Shown piece after piece: positions 35,097 to 47,483 of a stretch of 64,000 nucleotides of DNA. The stretch comes from Octopus vulgaris (lineage: Eukaryota), in contig OX597820.1 of the NCBI GenBank assembly GCA_951406725.2, positions 16,616,001-16,680,000 of the forward strand, written 5' to 3'. The notes below the pieces were generated by a model that was not told where the DNA came from, made no database searches, and saw nothing but the letters and a program-made list of their open reading frames with translations. Positions within the stretch are counted from its first letter, which is position 1, and each line of letters opens with the position of its first letter. A program made the translations under genes and the position numbers.

Positions 35097-35944
35097 TCAT
35101 CATCATCATCGTTTAACATCCGTTTTCCATGCTAGCATGGGTTGGACAGTTCGACCGGGGTCTGGGAAGTCAGGAGGCTGCATCAGGTTCCAGTCTGATC
35201 TGGCAAGGTTTCTACAGCTGGATGCCCTTCCTAACGCCAACCAGTCCGTGAGTGTAGTGGGTGCTTTTTATGTGCCACTGGCACAGGTGCCAGGGGAGGC
35301 TGGCAATGGCCACAATTGGTTGGTGCTTTTTAAAGCATAATTTATTCGTGGTCAGAGGCGTTCATAAACCAGGGTACTACTGTATACAAAATTATATATA
35401 ATAATAAAAAATCATTCTGAACTGCAAAGTTTTGTATGTGTTTAGTGGCAGCCCAGTCTGACTGGGATAGACAAGGATATATTTAAAAGCCATAGCAAAC
35501 CTTAATAAAAACAACCCCCAAAACCTGTTACTTTTTTCTTCAGTGTTGGCTATTTCACTATTGTTTTTCATGCTTTTTGTTGCTTCTTTTATGTTTTTTG
35601 CATTTATTCTAAACATTGAGTTTTTTTTTTTTCTCTCTAAATGCTGCAAATATTTCTGTCTTACAGATCATGTTTGCTTTCAAATTATTTTTTTTTTTTT
35701 AATTAATTAATATTTTATTAATCATTTGTTTTCTCTTTCTTTTCTGTCTGTTTTCTGTTATAATTTTTTTAAACTTTTCTGTTTTTCTTTCTTTATATTT
35801 TTTTTTTTACTCTCCTGTTGTCTTAGTTCTGCTCTTAACTTCTTTAATAACTTAGTTGAATTAACAGTAAAAATTAAATGCAAACACACACGCATATATA
35901 TACACACACATCCTTTTCTTTCCTTTACACCCTAATTAACATGA

Positions 35945-36181
35945 TGGGGTGATTTGGGGTGGCTGTTTTGATGCTGACGATTTGGCACGGCTGATTGGAT
36001 GGACACTCAGCCTGTTTCAATGATGGTACTTTTTGGCACTAGAGGCACACACACACACAAGCATGTGTAAACAGAATATACACATACAGATAGAGAGAGG
36101 GAGAGAGTATGGGAGAGGAGAGAAAGAGAGTGAGAAAAAGAAAAACTGAGGGAGAGGGGAAGAGAGTGTGGGAGAAGAGAG

Positions 36182-36235
<54 letters not shown>

Positions 36236-36429
36236 TGAAAGAGAGAGTGAGAAAATGGGAGAAACTGAGAGGGAGAAAGAGATTGAGAGAGAGATGTTAC
36301 ACATAGAAACATAGAGGCTGATACATAAACAGAGAGAGCGAGAGAGATTATATATACAATCATAGCTGCTGACATACATAGTGAGAGGGAGAGGAGAGAG
36401 AGAGAGAGAGAGAGAAAGATAGATATATA

Positions 36430-36511
<82 letters not shown>

Positions 36512-36700
36512 TTACATATACATACAAACATTGGTACGCACTTAAACTGAGGTGGGGGAGGGAGAGAGACAGACAGACAGACAATCAGCCGGACAGATAA
36601 CAAAAGCGCAATTATAATATCTGATGTCAAATAAGTCAGCATTGAATCAGTGATGCCAAATAGACGGCGCCAAAACAGCCATGCCGAAATGTCTCATACC
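35945..36700 (-). mobile_element. Microsatellite-filled TIR element; a related copy in opposite orientation spans ~13966-15450
   Basis: Shared GATGCTGACTTA(C/T)TTGACATCAGATAT near one end and CTAGTGC(T/C)AAAAAG near the other; GGCTGTTTTG / CAAAACAGCC inverted ends; (GA)n and (TA)n interior. Confidence 0.6.
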
Positions 36701-38088
36701 TCCTAATTAATATATACATATCATTATTACTACTATTAATTACTTTTAAAAGCACAATTTGGCAGATATGTTGTGGAGTGTCACACTAAAAGAAGTTTTA
36801 CAATGTTTAGTTTTGTTGCTCTATATTTGTAGTTCAAACCCTTCCAGTGCTGACTTTGTATTTATCCTGGTCAGGCCTCAACAAGATCCAGTGATAATCA
36901 TGGACTCGATTCCATTTGCAGTTCAAATCCCCATCTCCCCACTACAAAATGCATGACCATGTACCATATTAGAAATCGACTAACCTTTAGCACACTGACG
37001 ATGAATCATGTTGCCATATGAGTTTTCTCCCCTCCATCTGCAGGCACATTGTGTTGCATTGAGAGGGAAGAAAACTCCTACGACGACATGATGTGTCTAG
37101 AGCATGCTAAAGGTTAATTAAAAGAAGCTTTATTCTTTTTATTTTTAGTTTTTGAATATATGGAAGGACATTATTGTCTTGAGTCCTAGAAATCTTAGGG
37201 CCAGTTGCCAAGTTTCCTCGGCACATAAGTGACCGAAATGGCACATAAGTGACAGTTCCACTCAATGGGATGCCAATCTGTCGTAGGGTTACTCTTTTAT
37301 GCCTGAATAGATTGGAGCAGCATCAATATAAAATGAAGTGTTTTGCTCAAGAACACAATGCCACTACCTGGTCTGGGAATCAAAACCACAATCGTGTGTT
37401 CAAGTGCAACACCCTAACCGCAGGGCCAAGTACCTTCAGATAAATGGAAACAGAAAGGGAAAGCAAAAGAAATTAGTAAATGTAATTACAAAGAAATTAG
37501 TAAATGTAAAATAATATGAAAATAATAAAAATAAAGTACATGAAAATACATAAAGTACAAAAAAATGTAGATGATAGAAAAACATAGGAAAAGGATAAAA
37601 TTTAAAACTGATACAATATCGAAGTAGATAGATCCCAATATTGGAAAGGGCTGTGGGTTTAACCCCTTTGTTGCCATAGTTTTTGGTGAACTATGCTGGC
37701 ATTAATTATGAAAATAAGAATTTAGGAAATAGCTGTGTCGTTGTTAAACTGGTGTTTGGAACAAAAATTAACGGATAATTTTCATGGAAGGGTTTTGGTT
37801 TTAGATCAATTTAAAAACAGGAATTAATGTCATAGAACCAAAAGGCAGTTGCAAGTGGGTTGGTATCAAAATGGTTAACACTTTAAAAATTAAAAAAATC
37901 TTTCGTGAGCCGCTGATTTGAAAAAACAAAAAAAGAAAAGAAAAGAAAAGAAAAGAAAAAATGCTACAAAAACAACCCAAAACAACAACAACAAAACAGA
38001 ACAAAACCTACTAAGCTGACTTTGTAAATGTGTTCAACTTGTTAAATATTATTAAACCAACTGACCCGACTTTTATATATCCTTGTAG

Positions 38089-38136
38089 ATGGCTTCTACA
38101 ATGCCGGGATGCACTCCCTACCCCATTTTTACAGTG
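38089..38136 (+). CDS. Internal coding exon D, 48 nt (DGFYNAGMHSLPHFYS if phase 1; MASTMPGCTPYPIFTV if phase 0)
   Basis: ctgac branch-like motif and ccttgtag acceptor; GTG|gtaggt donor with a second donor AG|gtaatc 4 nt downstream; GC-richer island. Confidence 0.65.
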
Positions 38137-38547
38137 GTAGGTAATCAAAATTTTCTCTCTCATTGACCAAATGGGGGCACATGCTGATCCCGGTCAAAGG
38201 CTTCTATTTTTTTTTTTTTAATTGTGTCTCGGGGCAATAAACAAACAATAAAAACAAATAATACAAGAAAACCCAACAAAACTGCCTGCGCTTTGATATC
38301 CCTACTTCCAACACAGACATTAGGTAATCAATGCACTTTGACCTCCACCTCCTCCTCATCCTCTGCCTCCTCCTACTCTCACACCTCCCAGTCTTTATTT
38401 CCTGCAGACCCCTCTGTCATGTAATATTTGAACCTTCCAAATATATATTTTGCTTATTTAACTTAATTTCATTTAATTTTATTTTTAGCTTTTATTAATG
38501 TTGTTGTTGTTGTTATCATTATTGTTATTATTATTATTTTTATTATT

Positions 38548-39173
38548 GAGTGAGAGAGCAGCATATGCCATCTAAGCGACACTGGGGTACAAATATACAA
38601 AGCCCAATATACCCATCATGATTACCCGTCTGATAAGGTTACACCAGGCACAACCATCACAACCATTTGTGCATGACATGGTGACCTCATATCAAGATAA
38701 ACAGTGCATGATCTTGCAGGTGGGTGGGGGTAGTTAGAATTTTCTTCAGGTCGAGTAGTCCATCCAACTGAAAGGGTCCCTGAATAAGGTTTGTTTAAGG
38801 ATGTTGAACAAAACACCCGTGTTTCCAGAGTTGAATTATTCAGACCCCAAAGAATTACTCTTAACAAATGGCTATGATGCTCCCCAACTACTTCTGTTTG
38901 TGACCAGAGATGCACATATCATCAGCCACTAAGGGACATGCTCGACTGGTTATAGTCAAGCAACTGACAAGAAAATTTGTGGTATTGAGCTGGATATTTG
39001 CTGTAACCCAGGACAAAAATCATGTACATGGTAATACTTGCAATCAGTCAAGATGAGAAGCCATGAGAGCCACTGCCTGGAACTGCATCAGGCAGCCACT
39101 GCCTGATATTGTATCTGGGCATGGCACTGCATCTGACCACAGTACTGCACCAGGGTATGGTACTGCATCAAGG

Positions 39174-39175
<2 letters not shown>
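38548..39175 (-). mobile_element. ~550-bp fixed-end element embedded in (TTA)n, copy 1
   Basis: Same ends GAGTGAGAGAGCAG.. and ..GCCACTGCCTGG(T/A)ACTGCATCAGG as copies 2 and 3; strand inferred from a presumed (TAA)n tail. Confidence 0.75.
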
Positions 39176-39207
<32 letters not shown>

Positions 39208-39421
39208 ATAAAGGCGGCGAGCTAGCTGAATCACTAGCATGCTGAGCAAACTGCTTCACGGTATTTTGCCCTTTGCTGCGTTATGAATTCAAATTATGCT
39301 GAGGTTAACTTTGCCTTTCATCCTTTCGGGGTCGATAATTTAAGTGCCAGTGAAACTGAGGTTGATGTAATTGGCTTATCCCTTCCCCCAAAATGGCTGT
39401 CCTTGTGGCAAAATTTGAAAC

Positions 39422-39470
<49 letters not shown>

Positions 39471-40027
39471 GAGTGAGAGAGCAGTGCATGCCATCAAAGT
39501 GACACTTCGTAAAATATACGAAGCCCAGTATACCCATCATGACTACCCGTCTGATAAGGGTACACTAGGAACATGCATCACAACCATATGTGTGCGACAT
39601 GGTGATCTCATATCAAGATAAACAGCACATGACCTTGCAGGTGGAGCCCGATTTGAATTTTCTTCTGGTCAAGTAACTCATCCTGCTCAAAAGATCCCTG
39701 AATAAAGGTTGTTTAAGGATGTTAAACGAAACACCCATGTTTCCAGAGGTGAATTATTCAAACCCTAAATAATCCCTCTCAAAACGTGGCTATGATGCTC
39801 CCCCACTACTTCTGCTCGTGATCAGAGATGCACATATCGTCACCCACTAAGGGACATGCTCAACTGGTTAAGGTCAAACAACTGACAAGCAAATCTGTGG
39901 TATTGGACAGAATATTTGCTGTAGCCCATCTTTTATACCAATACAAAACAATGTACATGATAACACTTCCAATCAATTAAGATCAGAAGCCATGAGAGCC
40001 ACTGCCTGGTACTGCATCAGGGCATTT
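39471..40027 (-). mobile_element. ~550-bp fixed-end element embedded in (TTA)n, copy 2
   Basis: Colinear with copies 1 and 3; (TTA)n on both sides. Confidence 0.8.
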
Positions 40028-41007
40028 ATTATTATTATTATTAATTATGAATATTATTGCTTTTGTTTAAGGCAGTGATTTGGCAGAATTGTTACTGCAC
40101 TGGAAAAACAGCTTAGTGGCATTTCTTCTGAATTCACGTTCTGAGTTCAAATGCCTCTGTGTTTGGCTTTACCATTTGTGTGTGTGTGGGGGGTCAATGA
40201 AATATGTACCAGTTGAATACTGGGGGGTTGGTGTAATCAATTTGCTCCCTCCTCTGAAATTGCATGTTTTGTCCCAAAATTTGAAACTAAAAGCAGCAAG
40301 CTACCAGAATCGTTGGCATGTCGGGCACAGTGCTTAGCAGCTTTTTGTCTGTCTTCACAATCTGAGTTCAAACCTTGCTGAGGTCGATTTTGCTTTTCAT
40401 CCTTTTGGGTGGGGTCGATGAAATTAGTACCAGTTGAACAATGGGGCCCGATGTAATCAACTTTTTCTCCCTCCCCTGAAATTGCTGGCCTTGTGCCAAA
40501 ATTTTAAACAAATATTATTGGACTTTTTTCTTTTCTTCATAATTGCTTATTCTCATAATCATCATCATCATGATCATTGAGACAAACAAGTGTCAAGCTT
40601 ATTTCCTTTCTTGTTGAATTGTTCTCATCTGAAATATCCTTGTTTATATCTGAAATCTTGATTAGAGATTAGTTGCAGGTGCTCCAGTATGGCCACTACT
40701 TCTGTGTACGAACTGGTAAAGCAATAGTTTTTCTTTTTTTATATAGTGTGATGCAAAGAATTAAAATCCTCATGGTATTCAGTTAATTCTCTATATGTTC
40801 CGAGTTCTGATTCCTTTGAGGACCTTGCTTTTCATTGTACCAGGAAGTTAAGATATCAATACCGGTCAGCGACTTGGAGTCAGTTTGATTGATCCTTTCT
40901 TTTCTTCTCCAAAATTCGAGGCCTTACGTTTGTATAAGAAATTATGATTATTATTATATGTTTGTATAAGAAATTATCATTATTATTATTACATGTTTGT
41001 ATAAGAA

Positions 41008-41053
<46 letters not shown>

Positions 41054-42609
41054 GGTATGGCTTCTGTGTTTCTTTTCATATTTTGAAAATCATGCCTAAT
41101 GCTCCAGTTATTGGTGTTGTTCTTTTCATCTTCATGCTGCACGTCTTGAATTCTTCAATTTCAAGGTCCTTGTACTTTGGCAGAATCACTTAGCATGTTG
41201 GGGAAAAATGCTTAGCGGTATTTCTTCTGGCTATGCATTCTGAGTTCAAACTCTGCTGCGGTCAACTGTACCTTTCATCTTTTCTAGGGCAATAAAATAC
41301 GAAGAGTGCAATACGATTTCAAGGTTGTGTAACCCTTTCATTACTGTATTTCTGTTGAGATGTTCTGTGTTTCTTTCAATTATTTTAAATATAAAAAAGA
41401 ATTTAGTAAAACAACTTAGTTATCATTAAGCTGGTGTTAGGAGCATAAATTGTGACTAAGGTTTGGTGGAAGATTTTAATTCAGAACTTATGAAAACAAG
41501 ACATTTGTACTATAGAACCAGAGGTGGTTTCAGCCAGGTCAGTATCGAAAAGGTTAAGAATTGTTTCTCTATTGTATATTTTAACCATTTTGTTACCATA
41601 TTTCTGTTGAGATGCTCTGTGTTTCTTTCATTTTATTTTAAATATAACAAAGAATTTAGTAAAATAACTCCGTTATCATTATGCTTGTGTTAGGAACATA
41701 AATTTTGACTAAGGTTCGGTGGAAGATTTTAATTCAAAACTTATGAAAACAAGACATTTGTATTACAGAACCAGAGGCGGTTTCAGTTGGGTTAGTAACG
41801 AAAGGGTTAAATGTTAAGTGTCAGCATTGCTTAAATTGTAGCCATCCCTTCTACTAATTTGCAGTCTTGTTCTAAAATTATTGTTGCTATAACTTAACAG
41901 TTGAAGAATGGGGTAGATACAGCCTATTTTTATATTCATTTTCTTTGAGGTTCTCAGGTGTTTTTGATAGCTATAGTGTTTCTTTTGTTTTATCATAGTT
42001 CTATAATGATTGCCAAGGAAGGCTGCAGGCTGGCCACATCATTAGCACGTCAAACAAAATGCTTCACAGCATTTCTTCTGACCCTTTATGTTATGAGTTC
42101 AAACACCACAATGGTTAACTTTGCTTTTCATCCTTTACAGGGTCAATAGAATAAGTACCAGTGGGGTACTGGTGTTGATGTAACTGCCTTGCTCCTTCTC
42201 TCAAAATTGCTGGCCTTGTGCCAAAATTAAGATTATTAGCCCCAAGTCTTAGGATTGAACCTGTTTTTGCTGTGACCACTCTTCGTTTCAGTGTCGTTGC
42301 TCCTAGAACATCTTGTATGCAACCCGTAAGTCTATAAATGGTGTTAAAAATTTGTTTTAATGTTCATGTTTCCATGCTTGAATGAGTTGAATGGAGTTTA
42401 TTGAGACAGATTTTCTACGGTCGGATGCCCTCACCTATTTCCAAGCAAGTAATATTTTCCTACAGCCGGACATGTTTTTGCAGACTATTGGAAATCAATG
42501 ACAGTGAGGCATCTTTACAACTCCCACATTATGTCAACACAACGTACAAACATACACACACACGCACGTGCACACACACACGCGCACGTGCACACACACA
42601 CGCGCACGT

Positions 42610-42651
<42 letters not shown>

Positions 42652-42916
42652 AGTTTCTTTCAGTTTCCATCTAGCAAGTTTATTCACAAAGTTTTGGTTG
42701 GTGCGGGGGTTATAAGTAGAAGACAGTTTGCCCAAGGGGCCATGTAGTGGAACTGAACCCAAGACTACATGGATGGGAGGCAAGCTTCTTAACCACACAA
42801 CCATACCTACATGTATGTAGGTAGAGGCTTGGCTGTGTTATCTTTGCAATCATATAGCTTTAGGTTCAATCCCTCTGCAAAGTACCATGGGCAAGTGCCT
42901 TCTATTATAGATTTTG

Positions 42917-42955
<39 letters not shown>

Positions 42956-43002
42956 GTAGATAGATAGATAGATAGATAGATACATGCATTTATATATATA
43001 TA

Positions 43003-43803
43003 CAGGCATACCTCAGCTTAAGTTGTTCTCGATTATATGTCGATTTTCAAAAATATGGAAAAATAAAAATCAAATCAAGTCATTTTACTCGACTTTGCAT
43101 TTGTCTGCCACGAATATTGAAATCAAGAAATTACAAGAAAACCGTTAAAAGCACATAAAATTATGTTTCTGTACAATAAATAAGAATAAAAGCACATACA
43201 ATCATGTTAAAATATGTACGGTAAATGTTAAGATACACACCATAAAGTAGTGTAGCTTAGCGAACAAATTCATGAAATCAGCTGTGCTGTCTTATTTATC
43301 AGTCTTTCAGAGCTCATATTGCACTGTAGTTCCAATATCTACCATTAGGCGTCACTGTCACTTGTGATTGTTTTGAATTCAGATTTATGTACATCTGTTT
43401 ATTGGCTACTTTCTCATTCATTTGTGATTTAAATATTTGTTCCCCTGGCTCCTAAGGAAATTCATAGTGAAAGTGCTAAGCGTCATGCTATAACGCTGGT
43501 AGATAAACTGGCTGTGGTAAAACGCCATGAAAATGGTGGAAAACTGGTAGCAATTGCACAATCTTTTGGGACAACTATATTGACAACTGTACATAATAAG
43601 GACAAGATTTTAGCACTCATGTTTTTTTATTAACCATGTATTATCGAAAGTGCATTCATAAATAAAGTACAGAACTAGGATTGGTTATTACCAGTTTAGC
43701 CTAGAGACAAGTAAATTCGGCCTAGCCTAGCCTAGAGACAAGTTAATTCGACTTAAGTCGTGTCTCCTGGAACCAATTAATGATGTAGGGTGAGGTATGC
43801 CTG
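43003..43803 (+). mobile_element. pogo/Tigger-like internally deleted DNA transposon
   Basis: TA-CAGGCATACCTCA..TGAGGTATGCCTG-TA; ~43451-43570 translates to AKRHAITLVDKLAVVKRHENGGKLVAIAQSFG (CENP-B/psq-like HTH). Confidence 0.8.
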
Positions 43804-44571
43804 TATGTATGTGTGTGTATATATTGGCCGATGCCAGCGCTGCCTCGACTGGCTTCCGTGTCGGTGGCACGTAAAAAGCACCATCCGAATCGTGGCCGAA
43901 GCCAGTGCCGCCTCGACTGGCTCCCGTGCAGGTGGCATGTAAAATGCACCAATCCGACCGTGGCCGATGCCAGCCTCGCCTGGCACCAGTGCAGGTGGCA
44001 CGTAAAAAGCACCCACTACACTCACGGACTGGTTGGCGTTAGGAAGGGCATCCAGCTGTAGAAACATTGCCAGAAAAGACCGGAGCCTGGTGCAGCCTTC
44101 TGGCTTCCCAGATCCCCGGTCGAACCGTCCAACCCATGCTAGCATGGAAAATGGACGTTAAACAATGATGATGATATATAATACTTGGAAGAAGAAGAAA
44201 ATGACGCGTGCGTTCAATCATATAATAACAATTTAACAAATAAAACATTTGCATACATACATACTTACATACATATATGTACATACCTGCATCTATATGT
44301 ATATCTACATGCATATATGAGTACAGGACACCACAAATAAACGTAGAACACAACGAGAAGCGAAAACATAAAATCAAACAAAAAACGGCCTTTTTTTAAT
44401 GACAAAACAGAGTACAAGACAAACAACACAAGGAACATTCCCCTTCTTCAGCTGCCCCTGTTTCGACTCAATGCGTGTGAAAGAATAGCTGACAATTTGT
44501 AACATTGGTATTTAAAAAAATCTTCATTATCTTACAGCTGTTTCAATACCTTTCCTGAAACTACGCTGTTA

Positions 44572-44608
<37 letters not shown>

Positions 44609-45013
44609 AATACTCTTGATGTTTGAAACTCTCATAAAGGATATTTTCAAAATAATATATTTTGAGGAAATTTTTCCCTTCTGTCCTCATGAGCTTAAGT
44701 ATATAATAGGTGCCCCTTAAGTATAAATGTTGGCTTTTCTCCCGTTGGCACTTGTCTCACCATAAATGAGGAAGTGATATTATCCCTTCACGCCTGGTGT
44801 GTATATATACACATTTCTTATACAACCACCTATATATGCATTTTAACCCTGCCAACTATCTTCCATCTGGCCTCTCTCCACCTGTCTTCTGTTGGGCCAC
44901 TCCCACCTCTTCCTTACACCTCTATACCTTTTAATGTTTGTTTTTATGCCCACTATGATAGATCATTAGCCACTACACACATTCTTTTCTTTCCTTGTTT
45001 TTTTTCTGTGTCC

Positions 45014-45049
45014 CTTTCTGTAGAAGAGCATAGGCTCGAAATGTAAAAG
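45014..45049 (+). ncRNA. Minimal hammerhead-like motif (A6>U variant) in a Penelope-like terminal repeat
   Basis: CTTT CTGTAGA a GAGC atag GCTC GAAA tg TA AAAG; stems I and II pair. Confidence 0.55.
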
Positions 45050-45617
45050 ACTTTTTCTATTCCTGAGCGTTATACTAATACACCTGTTTGTTTTGTACAC
45101 CACCTGTCTTCGTCTTATTTTTTCGTAAACTCTCCCTGTATATAGAAGCAGTTTTAACACGAAACTGAATGATTATTCCACACTTTTAGTTGAGTACGTG
45201 TTTTTTAAGCTTCTACAAGGAAAAGGTTGACTGTGCTTTCAGTGTTTTAGCTTGCTTACCTTCGTCAGACAGTTTGACAAAGGCAAGCAAGCAAATCGAA
45301 GCACCTTTATATATCTTTACATACATGTATTTATATATGTATATTTACAACTGTATGTGTGTGTGTGTTTGTATCTATACATATGCTTCTTATTAGCACA
45401 AAGCCAAGCTGTATCTAATATAGATTAATCATTCTTTCGACCAAATTGCTGTCTACTTTAATACACGGTTTTTCTGTGTGGCCTTTTCCCCCCCCTATGC
45501 TTTCTTCACATTTGAGCAACCTCTCTTAATAACATTTCCATTCCTTTTACTTTGTGACATTGTTTAGGGCAAGTGTGCTTCTGCCTTTCTGTGCTTATTT
45601 CTATCTTTGTGTGTCAG

Positions 45618-45672
45618 TTATCTTCAGTACTCTGGCTTGCAATCTAAAACACTCAATGCCTCAGATCCTCAG
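45618..45672 (+). CDS. Possible additional small exon (acceptor at 45618 or 45628)
   Basis: Pyrimidine-rich upstream region, tcag acceptors, weak CAG|gttaca donor; two frames open; unique sequence. Confidence 0.25.
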
Positions 45673-47234
45673 GTTACAGAACTTGTACAAAACTTTAAAC
45701 ACTTTCTACTTAGCTATTTACTGAGTATATTTGATATATATCTTCTTTTCTAGTTTTTTTTTTTTATTACTTTCTGGTTTTGTATGTGTTTGTTGTTTTT
45801 GTCTATTATCAACTCAGTATGGTCTTTGGAATTATTTCCATTCCTTTATATACAAGATGGTTTGCAGGAGGGCTAAAATTCAAACATATGGCCATTTTGT
45901 AGTCTCGGTATTTCTCTTGTCCCACACACAAGGCGGGTTGTTCTAAGGAAAAGAAGAAGATTCTGATACAGTATTCATCTGTAAAATACTTCATCCCAAT
46001 AATCATCCCAGGGGTGAAATTCGAGGGAAAATTGCTACTCACTTTCTTGATACGGCTGGGGTTATCCCATGTTAGTGGTCCCAGAGGCATCATCATGTGT
46101 AGAGCCAACCGGGCCTGCCAGTGCTCTCCATCCACTGGCGTTTTCATGCCAGCCCCTCTGCATCTTCCAAAATGATGTTGAACCTCTGGAAAGCTTCCTT
46201 AATCACATCCAGGCATCTGGTTGCAGGACCTGTCATGGGACCTCTTCCAGCCTGCAACTGCTGCATCGAACATCATCATCATTTAACGTCCGTTTTCCAC
46301 GCTAGCATGGGTTGGGCGGTTTTGACTGAGGTCTGGAAGCCATGGAGGCTGCTCCAGGCTGTAGTCTGATTTGGCAGTGTTTCTACAGCTGGATGCCCTT
46401 CCTAACACCAACCACTCCGTGAAGAATTGCAAAAAAAGAATGTGTTTGAGCAAATTGTTGCATTTATTCTCTCTCCACTATACAAATAAATATTTAGAAT
46501 TTACAGTAAATTATATAGATACCGTCATTGTTTAATGTCCACATTTCTATGCATGCTTGGGTCAGACAGAATTTGTCGAAGCAGATTTTCTTTGGCTAGA
46601 TGCCCTTCCTGTTGGCAGCCTTCATCTGTTACCAAGCAAGGTGATATTTTCCCATGGCTAGACATGTCCTTCATGGAAGACTGGGAACGAACAACTCACT
46701 TGTAAGATGATGCTTGTTTACAACCATTGCACAATGTCTGGACAAGGGCTCACACAACACAAGGCATTCACTTATACACACACACACATCTATATATATA
46801 TACACACACACACATATATCAAACAATGAGAATGAGTGCTCAGCATTGCATTGGTGGATAAAATTTCTTTATTTGTTTATTAAGGCTACCATTGGTTTCA
46901 TGTAAATACCTAAACAGTTTTCAAGATGATCACAGACAGATGCATACATGCATGCACACACACACACACACACACATATAATCATACTGCACCAAAGGGA
47001 TTTATGACTTGCTGGACACCCTAGAATATACCAACAACACACAATTCAACGTAATGCGTGCTTTGGACCAGCCCCTAGGCACTAAATAGTCATAGGGTTG
47101 GTTTTCTCCGGGTGCACACAACCGGAATATCCTATTTGATACTTATCAACCATAGGCTGGAACCACAGGTTTATCCAACTCTACCTGGTGCATATCATTT
47201 CAAGTACCTGATTATACCTGAATCCTTATTCTAT

Positions 47235-47275
<41 letters not shown>

Positions 47276-47451
47276 TGGCTTCTTTCAATTTCTGTCTATC
47301 ATAAGGATTTGAGATTCGGTTAACCTTGAGCAATACAAGAAGTTTGCCCAAGGTGCCATGCAGTGGGACTGAACCAAGGACAAATGATTGTGAAGCAAGT
47401 TTCTTAACCACACTTCCAAACCTGCACTTATACATACATACACATATACAT

Positions 47452-47483
<32 letters not shown>

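Noticed and set aside
36007-36642. Longest ORF (211 aa) and other SL/YI/HT-rich ORFs
   Set aside because: Translations of (GA)n, (TA)n and (CA)n microsatellites
44425-44480. Minus-strand CGAAAC..CTGAAGAAGGGG, Penelope-like end
   Set aside because: The boxes are not arranged around closable stems; incomplete
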